A stretch of 64,000 nt of DNA. Origin: an uncultured Candidatus Saccharibacteria bacterium. GTDB taxonomy: Bacteria > Patescibacteriota > Minisyncoccia > Phycocordibacterales > DATDWN01. The number at the start of each line of letters is the position of its first letter. Position 1 is the stretch's first letter. The notes under the pieces were generated by a model. It had not been told where the DNA came from. It did no database searches and was given only the letters and a program-made list of their open reading frames with translations. The position numbers and the translations under genes were made by a program. Below, in pieces: positions 8,430 to 19,055 of the stretch. Location: positions 6,582-70,581 of the forward strand of contig CAYRRP010000002.1 in the NCBI GenBank assembly GCA_964426735.1. The letters run 5' to 3'.

Positions 8430-10172
8430 TTAATGTTTAATAAAGAATTTCCATACATCGTTTGTATTGATATACCACTCGTGTACATTGAGGAATCGTT
8501 CTCCAGAAATGGTGAGTTGACCAAGTGTAATGTTTTTAACTCGTGTCGGTGTGATATATATAAAGTAAGGTGCATACAAGAAGACGGCAGGAGTATCATT
8601 TTTAATTTCTGTTTCAAATGAAGAAAGATACTTTTTCTTGATGGTTTCATCGGTTGTTTTTCGGTAATCTTCGAGGAGTTTGTCGGTTTTTGGGTTTGCG
8701 TATAATGCAATGTTGAGTCCGGGATCACTTCGTTGTGATGAGTGCCAAAATGGATACACATCGAGATCTCTTCCAAGGACTTCTCCGAAGAGAAGAGAAT
8801 CATATTTACGAGGGCGAATGATATTCTGATTTAGATCACCGACTTCAAAAATTTTTACCTCTACTCGTGCACCAAGTTGTTGCCAACGAGTCTGTATATT
8901 TTGCGCAAGCGCTTTGAGTTCTGGTGCATCGGAAGTAGAAATAGAGAAAGAAAGTATTTCAGTGTCTTTGCCGGTCTTTTTTTCGTATACTCCCTGATCA
9001 TTAAATGCCCAGCCTGCCTTCTCGAGGATTGCACGAGCGTCACTTAAGCGCTCTTCAGGTGTTGTCTCGGTACGGTCGGTTGTGTTGGTATGAAGTGGGC
9101 CGTTGAGTGCTTGCCCGTATCCGACAAGAACTTCTTGAATGATTTGATTTTTATCAATCACACGATCAAGTGCAAGGCGTACTTCCTTGTTTACCAATAC
9201 GGGATTCTCGTTTTGGTTGAAGAATACGCCAAAGACGCGAGGAAGAGGTTGGGTAATCGTACGTGCATTGCTTGTGCTTAGAAGTGCAACATTTTGTGGG
9301 GATATACTATTGATACTTTCTACATCTCCATTTTCAAATCCATCAAGCAAATTTTTTTCATTTGTATAAAATTTTAATACAAGAGTGTCGATGTATGGTC
9401 TACCAAGTGAATATTTTTTGAATGCATGAAGAGTGTATGTAGTTGGGAGACCAGATGCATTTGTTGCAAATGAGTCGACTGAATATGGCCCACTTCCTAC
9501 TGGTTTGGTGTTGAATGTGCTAAATGGGAAACTTTCAGTATCTACATTTTTCCAAATATGCTTTGGTAAAATACCGAGTGTGGTATTTTGAATAAAAGGT
9601 GAGTATGCTTGCTTGAGTGTAAATCTCACTGTGTGTTCGTCAATCTTTTCAACCTTTACTCCATCCCAGTTACTTCGGCGAGGACTTTTTAAAAATGCAT
9701 CTTGTGCTTTTTGGACAGTAAATTCGACATCGTCAGCAGTGACAGGTGTGCCGTCGTGAAATACAGCAGTCTTTTTTAATGTAAATGTATAGATTAATCC
9801 ATCTTCTGAAATAGAATATTCCTGAGCAAGGTCTGGATGTAGACCGCCGTCAGATGTAGCTTTCATGAGTCCAGAGTATACGAGAGATGTGAGGTCTCGG
9901 TCTGCGTCAGAAATCGCAAGAATAGGGTTTATAAATCGAGGTGAACCTACAATACCTTCAGTAATACTTCCACCATAGTCAGGTACTTCTACAAGAAAAG
10001 ATTTGTTGAGTGTGTAAAGTAAAATAAGTCCAGAAATAATACAGATGATACTGATACATGCAAAAAGTATCTTTTCTGTAATAGAAAATGATGAAATAAG
10101 AGATCGTATAGTAGTATAATGAGACACTATCCACCGCTTGTGCGCTTGAGTGTCAGGTAGGTTATTTTCCAC
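8430..10172 (-). CDS. ABC transporter substrate-binding protein, family 5 (oligopeptide/nickel type), N-terminally membrane anchored
   Basis: 580 aa with an N-terminal TM helix and an SBP_bac_5-like body. Confidence 0.6.
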   Translation of the reverse strand: MENNLPDTQAHKRWIVSHYTTIRSLISSFSITEKILFACISIICIISGLILLYTLNKSFLVEVPDYGGSITEGIVGSPRFINPILAISDADRDLTSLVYSGLMKATSDGGLHPDLAQEYSISEDGLIYTFTLKKTAVFHDGTPVTADDVEFTVQKAQDAFLKSPRRSNWDGVKVEKIDEHTVRFTLKQAYSPFIQNTTLGILPKHIWKNVDTESFPFSTFNTKPVGSGPYSVDSFATNASGLPTTYTLHAFKKYSLGRPYIDTLVLKFYTNEKNLLDGFENGDVESINSISPQNVALLSTSNARTITQPLPRVFGVFFNQNENPVLVNKEVRLALDRVIDKNQIIQEVLVGYGQALNGPLHTNTTDRTETTPEERLSDARAILEKAGWAFNDQGVYEKKTGKDTEILSFSISTSDAPELKALAQNIQTRWQQLGARVEVKIFEVGDLNQNIIRPRKYDSLLFGEVLGRDLDVYPFWHSSQRSDPGLNIALYANPKTDKLLEDYRKTTDETIKKKYLSSFETEIKNDTPAVFLYAPYFIYITPTRVKNITLGQLTISGERFLNVHEWYINTNDVWKFFIKH

Positions 10173-10227
10173 GAAAAATTGTGTTAATAAGTTAAAACAC
10201 TGAGTAGTCTAAAAAAGACGAGAATGG

Positions 10228-10458
10228 TTAGTTCAGTCGAAGTATAGCAAATGAAAGGGCAGTAAAAATCACTGCAATAACAATAGTTGCAATAAATACT
10301 ACTTTCTCACCTCCTCGTTTTGTATGATGTCCAGACGAGAAACTATCGCCTCCAAAAGCACCTCCAAGGCCAGCTTCTGATCTCTGGAGCAGTACACCTC
10401 CGATGAGGAGTACAGATAGTGCAATCTGAACATACGGAATTAAGTTAACAATACTCAT
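10228..10458 (-). CDS. secG: preprotein translocase subunit SecG
   Basis: 76 aa with two TM segments and the LLQRSEAGLGGAFGG glycine-rich loop. Confidence 0.7.
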   Translation of the reverse strand: MSIVNLIPYVQIALSVLLIGGVLLQRSEAGLGGAFGGDSFSSGHHTKRGGEKVVFIATIVIAVIFTALSFAILRLN

Positions 10459-10559
10459 GTTGGGAACAGTATAGCAGATAGGGAATAAAAGGGTATATTG
10501 ACAATGTGTGTTTAAATGTTATTGTTAAATAAGTATTTTCACGAATCAAGGAGATATTT

Positions 10560-10964
10560 ATGGAATTACCGTTGACAGGCACTATCCTGGAAAGACATCT
10601 TTCCTCTATGGTGAGGGAGTTTATGGGAGGTGCCGAGGTCGCTCATGTTGTACTTTGGGGTACTCGAGATGAGTTTGGTACCAATATAAGAACCATATGT
10701 CTTACAGAAGAGCAGGCTGGACTTGCTGTTATGAAAATTCATCAAGGGGAGGATCATGGAGCTGATTTTGGTTTTCTTCCAGAAAACCTGTACATCATTG
10801 TTCTTGATCTTGATCAAACTGAATTGGTCGAATTCCTTGTTTGGGTATTTAGGAACAAGGAACATTTTGACTTTTCAAAATTTGGAGTATCGGCTGCAGG
10901 CGAAGGGTGTGGGTTGGTACCATTCATTTTTGAAAACGGGGCTTTCGAATATATAGACAAATAG
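10560..10964 (+). CDS. hypothetical protein
   Basis: 134-aa ORF with no recognised motif. Confidence 0.4.
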   Translation: MELPLTGTILERHLSSMVREFMGGAEVAHVVLWGTRDEFGTNIRTICLTEEQAGLAVMKIHQGEDHGADFGFLPENLYIIVLDLDQTELVEFLVWVFRNKEHFDFSKFGVSAAGEGCGLVPFIFENGAFEYIDK

Positions 10965-10988
10965 TATCTTCTAATGGAACAGTTTGTG

Positions 10989-11016
10989 CCCCGCCGGCTT
11001 CGGCGGGGCATTTTGT
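10989..11016 (+). terminator. rho-independent terminator gccccgccg-gctt-cggcggggc + T-run
   Basis: Perfect 9-bp GC stem. Confidence 0.7.
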
Positions 11017-11044
11017 TGACTTGTTAACAATCAAAAATTATACT
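11016..11044 (+). promoter_or_regulatory. groESL promoter TTGACT-17-TATACT
   Basis: Consensus spacing. The 5'UTR that follows contains gcgtacattagta (see findings). No CIRCE element is present. Confidence 0.55.
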
Positions 11045-11083
11045 GTATGCGTACATTAGTAATATTAATAAGCAAAAGATAAT

Positions 11084-11407
11084 ATGAAAAAAACAGAGAC
11101 GAAAAAAACGACCATACAACCTCTCGGAAATCGTGTGCTTATACGGCCTTTTACGAAAGAAGAGGTTACAAAGAAAAATAATTTTGGCATTATCTTGCCT
11201 GATTCTGATGCGAAACAGAAAATGGAACAAGGGACTGTCATTGCTACAGGTCCTGGGCTTTATGTAGACGGCAAACTGGTGAAGGTTTCTGTGCAGAAGG
11301 GAGATGTCGTAGCGTTTTCAAAATACGGTTTTGATGATATTGAGGTAGATGGGGAAATATTGTATTTGATTAAGGAAGAAAACATGCTTGCTATTTTAAA
11401 AAATTAA
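11084..11407 (+). CDS. groES: co-chaperonin GroES
   Basis: 107 aa starting MKKT...IQPLGNRVLIRP. Confidence 0.9.
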   Translation: MKKTETKKTTIQPLGNRVLIRPFTKEEVTKKNNFGIILPDSDAKQKMEQGTVIATGPGLYVDGKLVKVSVQKGDVVAFSKYGFDDIEVDGEILYLIKEENMLAILKN

Positions 11408-11453
11408 TTGAATTTAAAGCTCTTGTTTATGCGAGCCGTAGCTTTAAAGCTAA

Positions 11454-13097
<1,644 letters not shown>

Positions 13098-13116
13098 AGG
13101 TAGAGGTTTGATGTAA

Positions 13117-13152
13117 GAATTTAGAAATACCACCCCAAGGGTACCCCTTGGG
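13117..13152 (+). terminator. hairpin ataccaccccaaggg-tac-cccttggggtggtat, weak T tail
   Basis: 15-bp palindromic stem after groEL. Confidence 0.5.
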
Positions 13153-13205
13153 GTGGTATTTACGTAATAATAAAAATATGATATGGTATTGAAGGAGACC
13201 ATGCA

Positions 13206-13682
13206 TTGAAACTTGCAGGATTTTTCATTATTTTTGCCGTTAGTTTAACGGCAGGTAGCTTGGGTGTAGTTGGGTGCGACGAGCATCCAAACTATACCGC
13301 TCAGATACCGTGCGGTCATCTGAGTAATCTTTCGGGGGTAACTCTGGAAGATCTAGCTTCCGAGTTCCCTCAAAACGTCATTGTTTTTTCCGACCAGTGG
13401 GTCGGGTATCTGGATCCGGTCTTACCGGCTCTCCAAATTATCTGGACCACTCGGTGGACAGAGTGGGTGGTAAAAGAGGAGCCAAATTTTGAACGATTTG
13501 TCCCTCCACCACCTCCACCACCTTGTATTACTGGGTGCGATCCGCCCCCACCACCTCCACCTCCGCCTCCTCCGCCGCCAGCGGTAGAGGTTCCAGAGGG
13601 GAATCAAGTTGTACTTGTTCTTGCAGGACTGATACTCATCGTCTATCTCTATCAGTCCCAATCGCCAGAGAAAAGGAGATAG
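13206..13682 (+). CDS. secreted/C-terminally anchored proline-rich protein (TTG start predicted)
   Basis: Signal-peptide-like N-terminus, a P7 then P20 polyproline tract (the ccacc/ccgcc repeat at 13504-13580) and a C-terminal hydrophobic helix followed by KRR. Confidence 0.45.
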   Translation: MKLAGFFIIFAVSLTAGSLGVVGCDEHPNYTAQIPCGHLSNLSGVTLEDLASEFPQNVIVFSDQWVGYLDPVLPALQIIWTTRWTEWVVKEEPNFERFVPPPPPPPCITGCDPPPPPPPPPPPPPAVEVPEGNQVVLVLAGLILIVYLYQSQSPEKRR

Positions 13683-13690
13683 ATTCTGTA

Positions 13691-13729
13691 CCGGCTCAGG
13701 TGTGTCACACACCTGAGCCGGCTTTTTTA
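13691..13729 (+). terminator. rho-independent terminator ccggctcaggtgtg-tcac-acacctgagccgg + T6
   Basis: Long perfect stem followed by tttttt. Confidence 0.75.
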
Positions 13730-13767
13730 TGGTATAATGGAAGAAATTATTTTTAATACAAACAAAT

Positions 13768-14352
13768 ATGCAAGAGAAAAATTTTATACAACGAAATCTT
13801 GGATGGATTATCCCAGTGGGTATTATTGTGGTGTTGGTGATGTGGGGAGTGTCTGTATACAACGGACTTATCTCACAAAATGTTGCTATTGATGCACAAT
13901 GGGCACAAGTGGAAAATCAACTCCAGCGACGTTTTGATCTTATTCCAAACCTTGTGGCTACAGTGAAAGGTATCGCAGGTCAGGAGCAAGAAGTGTTTGG
14001 TGCGATTGCGGAAGCTCGTACACGATATAGTGGAGCAGCGACAGTAGATGCAAAGGCACAAGCTGCAGGTCAAGTAGAGTCAGCTCTCGGACGACTTTTG
14101 GTTATTGCAGAAAACTATCCGCAACTACAATCATCGCAAGCATTTCGAGATCTTATGATTCAACTCGAAGGTACAGAAAATCGTATTGCAACAGAGCGTA
14201 TGAATTATAATAATCAGGTGAAAGTATTGAATGCTTCAGTAAAACGACTTCCGACTTTGTTGTTTGCTCGAATATTTGGTATCAATGAACGAGCGTATTT
14301 TGAAGTAAGTGCGGAAGCTCAAACTAATCCTACGGTAGATTTCAAAAACTAA
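13768..14352 (+). CDS. lemA: LemA family protein
   Basis: 194 aa with an N-terminal TM helix and a LemA-like body (…QLQRRFDLIPNLV…). Confidence 0.75.
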   Translation: MQEKNFIQRNLGWIIPVGIIVVLVMWGVSVYNGLISQNVAIDAQWAQVENQLQRRFDLIPNLVATVKGIAGQEQEVFGAIAEARTRYSGAATVDAKAQAAGQVESALGRLLVIAENYPQLQSSQAFRDLMIQLEGTENRIATERMNYNNQVKVLNASVKRLPTLLFARIFGINERAYFEVSAEAQTNPTVDFKN

Positions 14353-14371
14353 TTTTTCTGAGGATTTTCTC

Positions 14372-15247
14372 ATGAAAAAAATTATTAGTACACTTTTGTT
14401 TGTATTTCTCATGCTCCCGACTAGCGTAGGAGCATTTGACGTACCTGCCAAACCATCAAGTTATGTAGCAGATTATGCAGGATTGCTCTCAGAAGATGAA
14501 AAGAATACTCTTGAGCAAAAACTAAATATATTTGAACAAACATCTACCAATGAAATTGCTGTGGTTACGATTGCCTCGCTCAATGGTGAAGAAATTGCCG
14601 ATGTTGCTCAACAAATATTTACTGCATGGGGGATTGGTAAGAAAGATAAAAATAATGGAGTACTCTTACTTATTTCCCTTTCAGATCGGAAGACTCGTAT
14701 TCAGACAGGTTATGGTGTGGAAGGTGCCCTTACTGACTTGGGCACCTCGTATATTCAAAGTGATTTGATTACCCCTGCATTTCGTGCCGGTGAGTATGGA
14801 AAAGGAATCAGTGATGCGGTTGATGCAATGATTGAAGCGCTTGGTGGTGCTTCTATTGTGCCTGAAGATTATACTCCAGAAAAGACAAGTAAGATGCCGT
14901 GGGACTTTATATTTATTGCAGGGTTTATTGTGATTCAGTGGATGGCAGCAATACTAGCGAAATCAAAATCTTGGTGGGGAGGAGGGGTGCTCGGTGGTGT
15001 GGTTATGCTGATTGTTATGTGGTTTACAGGTATTTTCTCGATTCCGTTTTTCATCGCGTCAATCGTGTTTGGATTATTATTTGATTTTATTGTTTCTCGT
15101 GCATACGCTAAACATAAAACAAGTGGCACTGCACTTCCATGGTTTATCGGTGGAGGTAGAGGTGGTGGGAGTTCTTTTGGAGGCGGAGGCTTTGGTGGTT
15201 TTGGAGGAGGCTCTTCAGGAGGAGGTGGTTCGAGTGGGAGCTGGTAG
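14372..15247 (+). CDS. TPM-domain (TLP18.3/Psb32-like) membrane protein with glycine-rich tail
   Basis: Signal peptide, TPM domain, TM helices and a GGGRGGGSSFGGGGFGG tail. This is the classic lemA-TPM gene pair. Confidence 0.7.
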   Translation: MKKIISTLLFVFLMLPTSVGAFDVPAKPSSYVADYAGLLSEDEKNTLEQKLNIFEQTSTNEIAVVTIASLNGEEIADVAQQIFTAWGIGKKDKNNGVLLLISLSDRKTRIQTGYGVEGALTDLGTSYIQSDLITPAFRAGEYGKGISDAVDAMIEALGGASIVPEDYTPEKTSKMPWDFIFIAGFIVIQWMAAILAKSKSWWGGGVLGGVVMLIVMWFTGIFSIPFFIASIVFGLLFDFIVSRAYAKHKTSGTALPWFIGGGRGGGSSFGGGGFGGFGGGSSGGGGSSGSW

Positions 15248-15274
15248 TATACTATTAATCATTTTAATGTATAT

Positions 15275-15778
15275 ATGAAAAAATATAATATTCCAGAAAT
15301 AAAAGATAAAGAGTTACATCGGATAGTAACCACCACTATTATTTATAAAAAAAATAAAGGTCAGTATATATATCTGATTACAAAACGTTCAGCTCAGAAG
15401 AAAGTGCATCCAAATAAGTGGACAGTTCCAGGGGGAGGACTCTCAACAGATGACTATGTTCATCTTACACCAAGTACAACAGGTGCTCCTCAGTGGTATG
15501 GAGCATTGAATAATTCTTTACTTCGAGAAATAAAAGAAGAAGTCGGTTTAAAAATTGGCAAACCAGAGTTTCTTGTCGATCTTACGTTTATTCGTCCTGA
15601 TGGTATACCTGTTATTGTGTTTAGTTATTTTGCTCAGTATATTTCTGGTCAGGTAAAATTAGATGAAGATGCAGTTGATTTTAAATGGGTGACGCTCAAA
15701 GAAGCGAAGAAATATGATTTGATAGATGGTATTTGGGAGGAGATAAGAGATACCGAGAAGATTTTGAAAAAGAGATAA
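15275..15778 (+). CDS. NUDIX hydrolase
   Basis: Nudix box GGGLSTDD...REIKEEVGL. Confidence 0.7.
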   Translation: MKKYNIPEIKDKELHRIVTTTIIYKKNKGQYIYLITKRSAQKKVHPNKWTVPGGGLSTDDYVHLTPSTTGAPQWYGALNNSLLREIKEEVGLKIGKPEFLVDLTFIRPDGIPVIVFSYFAQYISGQVKLDEDAVDFKWVTLKEAKKYDLIDGIWEEIRDTEKILKKR

Positions 15779-15786
15779 GGAGGTAG

Positions 15787-15873
15787 GGAGGATTCGTATA
15801 GCGGTCTAGTGCGCTCGCTTGGAAAGCGGGTAGGGAAGAAATTCCCTCAGGAGTTCGAATCTCCTATCCTCCG
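15787..15873 (+). tRNA. tRNA-Ser (anticodon GGA), class II with long variable arm
   Basis: Acceptor GGAGGAT/ATCCTCC, anticodon loop TTGGAAA, variable arm AGGGAA-GAAA-TTCCCT, T-loop TTCGAAT. No encoded CCA. Confidence 0.8.
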
Positions 15874-15891
15874 CTAAAATTCGAAGTGCTG

Positions 15892-15925
15892 GCATAAAAA
15901 TGAGGGAGTTGTTGAAACTCCCTCA
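15892..15925 (-). terminator. terminator for the minus-strand gene 15956-16276 (gagggag-N9-ctccctc, T-run on minus strand)
   Basis: Hairpin read directly. Overlaps the first copy of the 26-bp direct repeat. Confidence 0.5.
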
Positions 15926-15955
15926 CGGTCTTCTGTAACATATCCAAGGTAAGAT

Positions 15956-16276
15956 CTAGTTGAGTTTTGGGTCGAAAAACCCTATAAGAGACAGTCCTTC
16001 AGTGGACCCTTTCTCTGAAAGATGTGCGAGCACTCTGATTTTTTCAGTTTCAGCTTCGACATCAGTCTCGAAGGTCTGAATAAACTTTTTTTGTTCTCCG
16101 CAGTGTTCGGGTTGTGGCGATGCTCCAAGAAAATATTTGAAATTAGATCCGTTCTCACGAACGTGGATACCAATCGCAAAATTTCCTCTCTTTAAAACTT
16201 CTCTACAAACCTTACATCCCTGAACGATACCCTCCGGATGCTCTACGACCAACACTTCACATTCATTATTTTTCAT
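15956..16276 (-). CDS. hypothetical protein
   Basis: 106 aa with several Cys (CKVCREV..., EHCGEQ). No recognised family. Confidence 0.4.
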   Translation of the reverse strand: MKNNECEVLVVEHPEGIVQGCKVCREVLKRGNFAIGIHVRENGSNFKYFLGASPQPEHCGEQKKFIQTFETDVEAETEKIRVLAHLSEKGSTEGLSLIGFFDPKLN

Positions 16277-16406
16277 AACGCTTTCCTTTTGGTTTGAAAT
16301 GAACTACTTCACTGAATTGAGTATAGCTGGGACAAAAGCATAAGTGAAGTTTTATATCAAATAAATAATATTTGTATCTTTTTGTTATATATGATATTTT
16401 TTTATT

Positions 16407-17051
16407 ATGATCAAAATAAACGATGTAGTTCAGTATATTTTATATAAAGACGAAGAAGCTCTCACCGCTCTGGCAAAGGGTTATATGAATTTATCTAAAT
16501 ATGCTAAACAAATTCAGGGGGAAGTTAGGGAAAAATCAAAAAAAGAAGTGGGTATTCCGGGGATTGTAGTTTCGTTATCTCGTCTAGCCCAAAAAACCAA
16601 TTCTAAGCATCCACTGATCCAAGATGTTCAAATAAAAAATATTACAACAAAAACTCCTCTTTCAGAGATTGTGTACAGTAAGACCACTGAATCAATCTCA
16701 AAACTTTCCAAAATATACGACAAAGCTAAAACTGGTGCTGATGATTTTTTCACAATAACACTCTCTACAAATGAAATTACAGTTATCTGTAGTGATAGAA
16801 TAAAAGCAGAAATTGAGAGAACACTAAAAGAAAAGCCAGTAATGACTGTAAAAAATCTTGCTTCTATTGGTCTGTCTATCGATCCAAAATACTATCCAAT
16901 GCCAAATATAACCTATTCCTTAATTAGAAGAATCGCACAAAAGAGAATACCCTTGGCAGAAACTATTACTACCCGCACAGAAATTATTTTTGTGTTTGAA
17001 CAAAAATATTTAGCTGAGATGGTTGATTTGTTCATTGTTAAAGAAAACTAG
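16407..17051 (+). CDS. hypothetical protein
   Basis: 214-aa ORF with no recognised motif. Confidence 0.4.
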   Translation: MIKINDVVQYILYKDEEALTALAKGYMNLSKYAKQIQGEVREKSKKEVGIPGIVVSLSRLAQKTNSKHPLIQDVQIKNITTKTPLSEIVYSKTTESISKLSKIYDKAKTGADDFFTITLSTNEITVICSDRIKAEIERTLKEKPVMTVKNLASIGLSIDPKYYPMPNITYSLIRRIAQKRIPLAETITTRTEIIFVFEQKYLAEMVDLFIVKEN

Positions 17052-17214
17052 CCGTCCATCAAAGAACCAGAAAAACCAAAGTTCGAAGTGTTGGCATAAA
17101 AATGGTAGAAAGGGAATTTCTGACCCAAATGAACTTGAAAGGTACATAATAAATATTTACAAAACACTACTCACGCGTGGTATAAAAGGCACTTATGTTT
17201 ATGTTGTTGATTAA
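17023..17214 (+). pseudogene. C-terminal remnant of a DUF2075-like (Schlafen/RecD-like ATPase family) gene
   Basis: The 63-aa ORF ends ...TLLTRGIKGTYVYVVD, which resembles the conserved C-terminal signature of DUF2075 proteins. No upstream body exists, and the second copy of the 26-bp direct repeat lies inside it. Confidence 0.35.
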
Positions 17215-17313
17215 AATTTAAGAAATTGTTTAAACCAAGTTGTAAATAAAACCTCGATCTCAATTCAAAAAGAAATTACTCCAGGAATAATAAAATCTCC
17301 ATATGTTGGTGAA

Positions 17314-17694
17314 ATGGTTAGTGTTCCATTGGTTGGGTCTGCGCCTTGTGGGGAACCACTTTTGGGAGAAAGTAATATTGAGGAAATGATACAAGTCGAA
17401 AAAAACAAAATTAAACCCGGGACCAAATATTTTATTGTTAGAGCTAGTGGAGATTCCATGAATAAAGCGGGAATAGATGATGGTGGTCTTGTTCTCTGTC
17501 GGTATGCTGAAAAAGGGGAAACTGGTGATAGAGTCGTTGCATTACTTGGTGGTGAAAATGTAACGATAAAATATTATGATAAGAAGGATGGTCGTAGAAT
17601 TTTGTTGCCAAAAAGTACCAACCCCGATCATCAGCCGATTGTCCCAGAAGAAGGAGATACTGTTCAAGGTGTAGTTCAGGAAATTTTGAAATAA
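17314..17694 (+). CDS. umuD: S24 family peptidase, UmuD-like (no DNA-binding domain)
   Basis: 126 aa with VRASGDSMNKAGIDDGGLVLC (catalytic Ser in GDSM) and a downstream Lys. There is an in-frame stop 72 nt upstream, so no LexA-type HTH. Confidence 0.7.
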   Translation: MVSVPLVGSAPCGEPLLGESNIEEMIQVEKNKIKPGTKYFIVRASGDSMNKAGIDDGGLVLCRYAEKGETGDRVVALLGGENVTIKYYDKKDGRRILLPKSTNPDHQPIVPEEGDTVQGVVQEILK

Positions 17695-17852
17695 ATTTTA
17701 ACACAGCCATGTATGATTCGAGACTTTTGTTGGATATTATAAATAGTGGCTTACCCTGTCTTCCTGGCTAAATCTCCCTGTCCCCGCAAAATCGTGATAG
17801 TACGAGATAAGTCTAAAAAAGGCCCCAATTGAGTGCTTTTTAAACTTGATAA

Positions 17853-18986
17853 ATGTATGATGAGTTTATGGCAAAATGCATCTACTGCTTAAAAGATGAG
17901 ATAGGGACAACTTTTCTAAGCAGGGAACATGTTATTCCTCAGTCTTTTGGCACTTTTACCCCGTTAAATCCAAATATAAAAGGTGATGTTGTCTGCGATA
18001 GTTGTAATACAAAAATCCTAAGTCCTCTGGAAACTAATTTCATTGAAGATTCAATGGAGGGTTTTTTCGCACAACGATTAAATCTGAACAATAGAAACAG
18101 TATCACAATGAGAAATGGAAACTTTAAGATTGATACAGATAGCGGTTTTGGTCATGATTTCTTTAATCAAATGGTTTTTCCACTTAAACCAGAAAACGAT
18201 AAGCTCGTTCCTTATCCAAAAACTCAAATAAAATTTCGAGGGCTCGGAGGTCAATCTTGTCGAGTGTTCTTTCCAGAAGCACTAAAACAAATCAAAAAAG
18301 ACTCAAAAGAGTTTTTGAAACTTTCTGCTGACATGAAGAAACTAAGTCAAAAAGATCTCTGTATTTTCGCTGAGACGCATGAGGATATGAATGAGGTCGT
18401 CGTACTTTTAAAGGAGTACGGTGTGATTTACAACGAAAAAGAGCGTTATCACAAACCTTTTGAAGAAGGTGTGAAGTACGAATTGTCAGAAGACTATTCT
18501 TGTACAGTAAATCATAATATTGGTCGTGTCCTAGCAAAGATTGCACTGAATTATTTTGTGTATTGTTGTATACAAGACAGTCAAAAATCACTTCTGCTAT
18601 TGCCAGGTTTTGATCCAATAAGAAACTATATATTTAAAGGGGATGGAAAAATGCGAGACTTCATTGTTTCTGTTAATGAGAAGCCTATTACTTATTATGA
18701 AAATGAAAATGATGAGAGGATCATTTCGCATATCATTAATTTTATTGAAGAAAATGGAATGGTTGTTGCAAGAATGACATTCTTTGGTTGTCCTGCAATC
18801 TACAAAATTATTTTAGGTGAGATGCCAAACGGAATACCTGTCAAAAACTTTGGGTGTGGGCATTTATTCGATCCTTTTTCAAAAAGAATTATCAATATGG
18901 CAAATAAACCCACGCCAGAGGAGCTAACTTCTGAACAAGTGAGGGTAACTTTCGGTATACAAAAAAGATATCGTTTTGGCACATAA
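17853..18986 (+). CDS. HNH-motif nuclease domain protein with large unknown C-terminal region
   Basis: N-terminal KCIYCL...SREHVIPQSFG...DVVCDSCN gives the CxxC...(E)H...N...CxxC HNH signature. The remaining 280 aa or so are unrecognised. Confidence 0.55.
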   Translation: MYDEFMAKCIYCLKDEIGTTFLSREHVIPQSFGTFTPLNPNIKGDVVCDSCNTKILSPLETNFIEDSMEGFFAQRLNLNNRNSITMRNGNFKIDTDSGFGHDFFNQMVFPLKPENDKLVPYPKTQIKFRGLGGQSCRVFFPEALKQIKKDSKEFLKLSADMKKLSQKDLCIFAETHEDMNEVVVLLKEYGVIYNEKERYHKPFEEGVKYELSEDYSCTVNHNIGRVLAKIALNYFVYCCIQDSQKSLLLLPGFDPIRNYIFKGDGKMRDFIVSVNEKPITYYENENDERIISHIINFIEENGMVVARMTFFGCPAIYKIILGEMPNGIPVKNFGCGHLFDPFSKRIINMANKPTPEELTSEQVRVTFGIQKRYRFGT

Positions 18987-19055
18987 TGATCGGGTTTTTG
19001 AAGGTACTCTAAAAAAGTAGATTGCAAATTCGCCTGTAAACCTTATGATGAAAGA

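Noticed and set aside
11016-11083. CIRCE (HrcA operator) in the groES leader
   Set aside because: TTAGCACTC-N9-GAGTGCTAA or close variants were looked for and are not present. A different GTAC-containing motif sits there instead.
17023-17214. Treating the 63-aa ORF as an intact gene
   Set aside because: Only the extreme C-terminal signature of a much larger (DUF2075-type) protein is present, and a direct-repeat junction lies inside it. Annotated as remnant.
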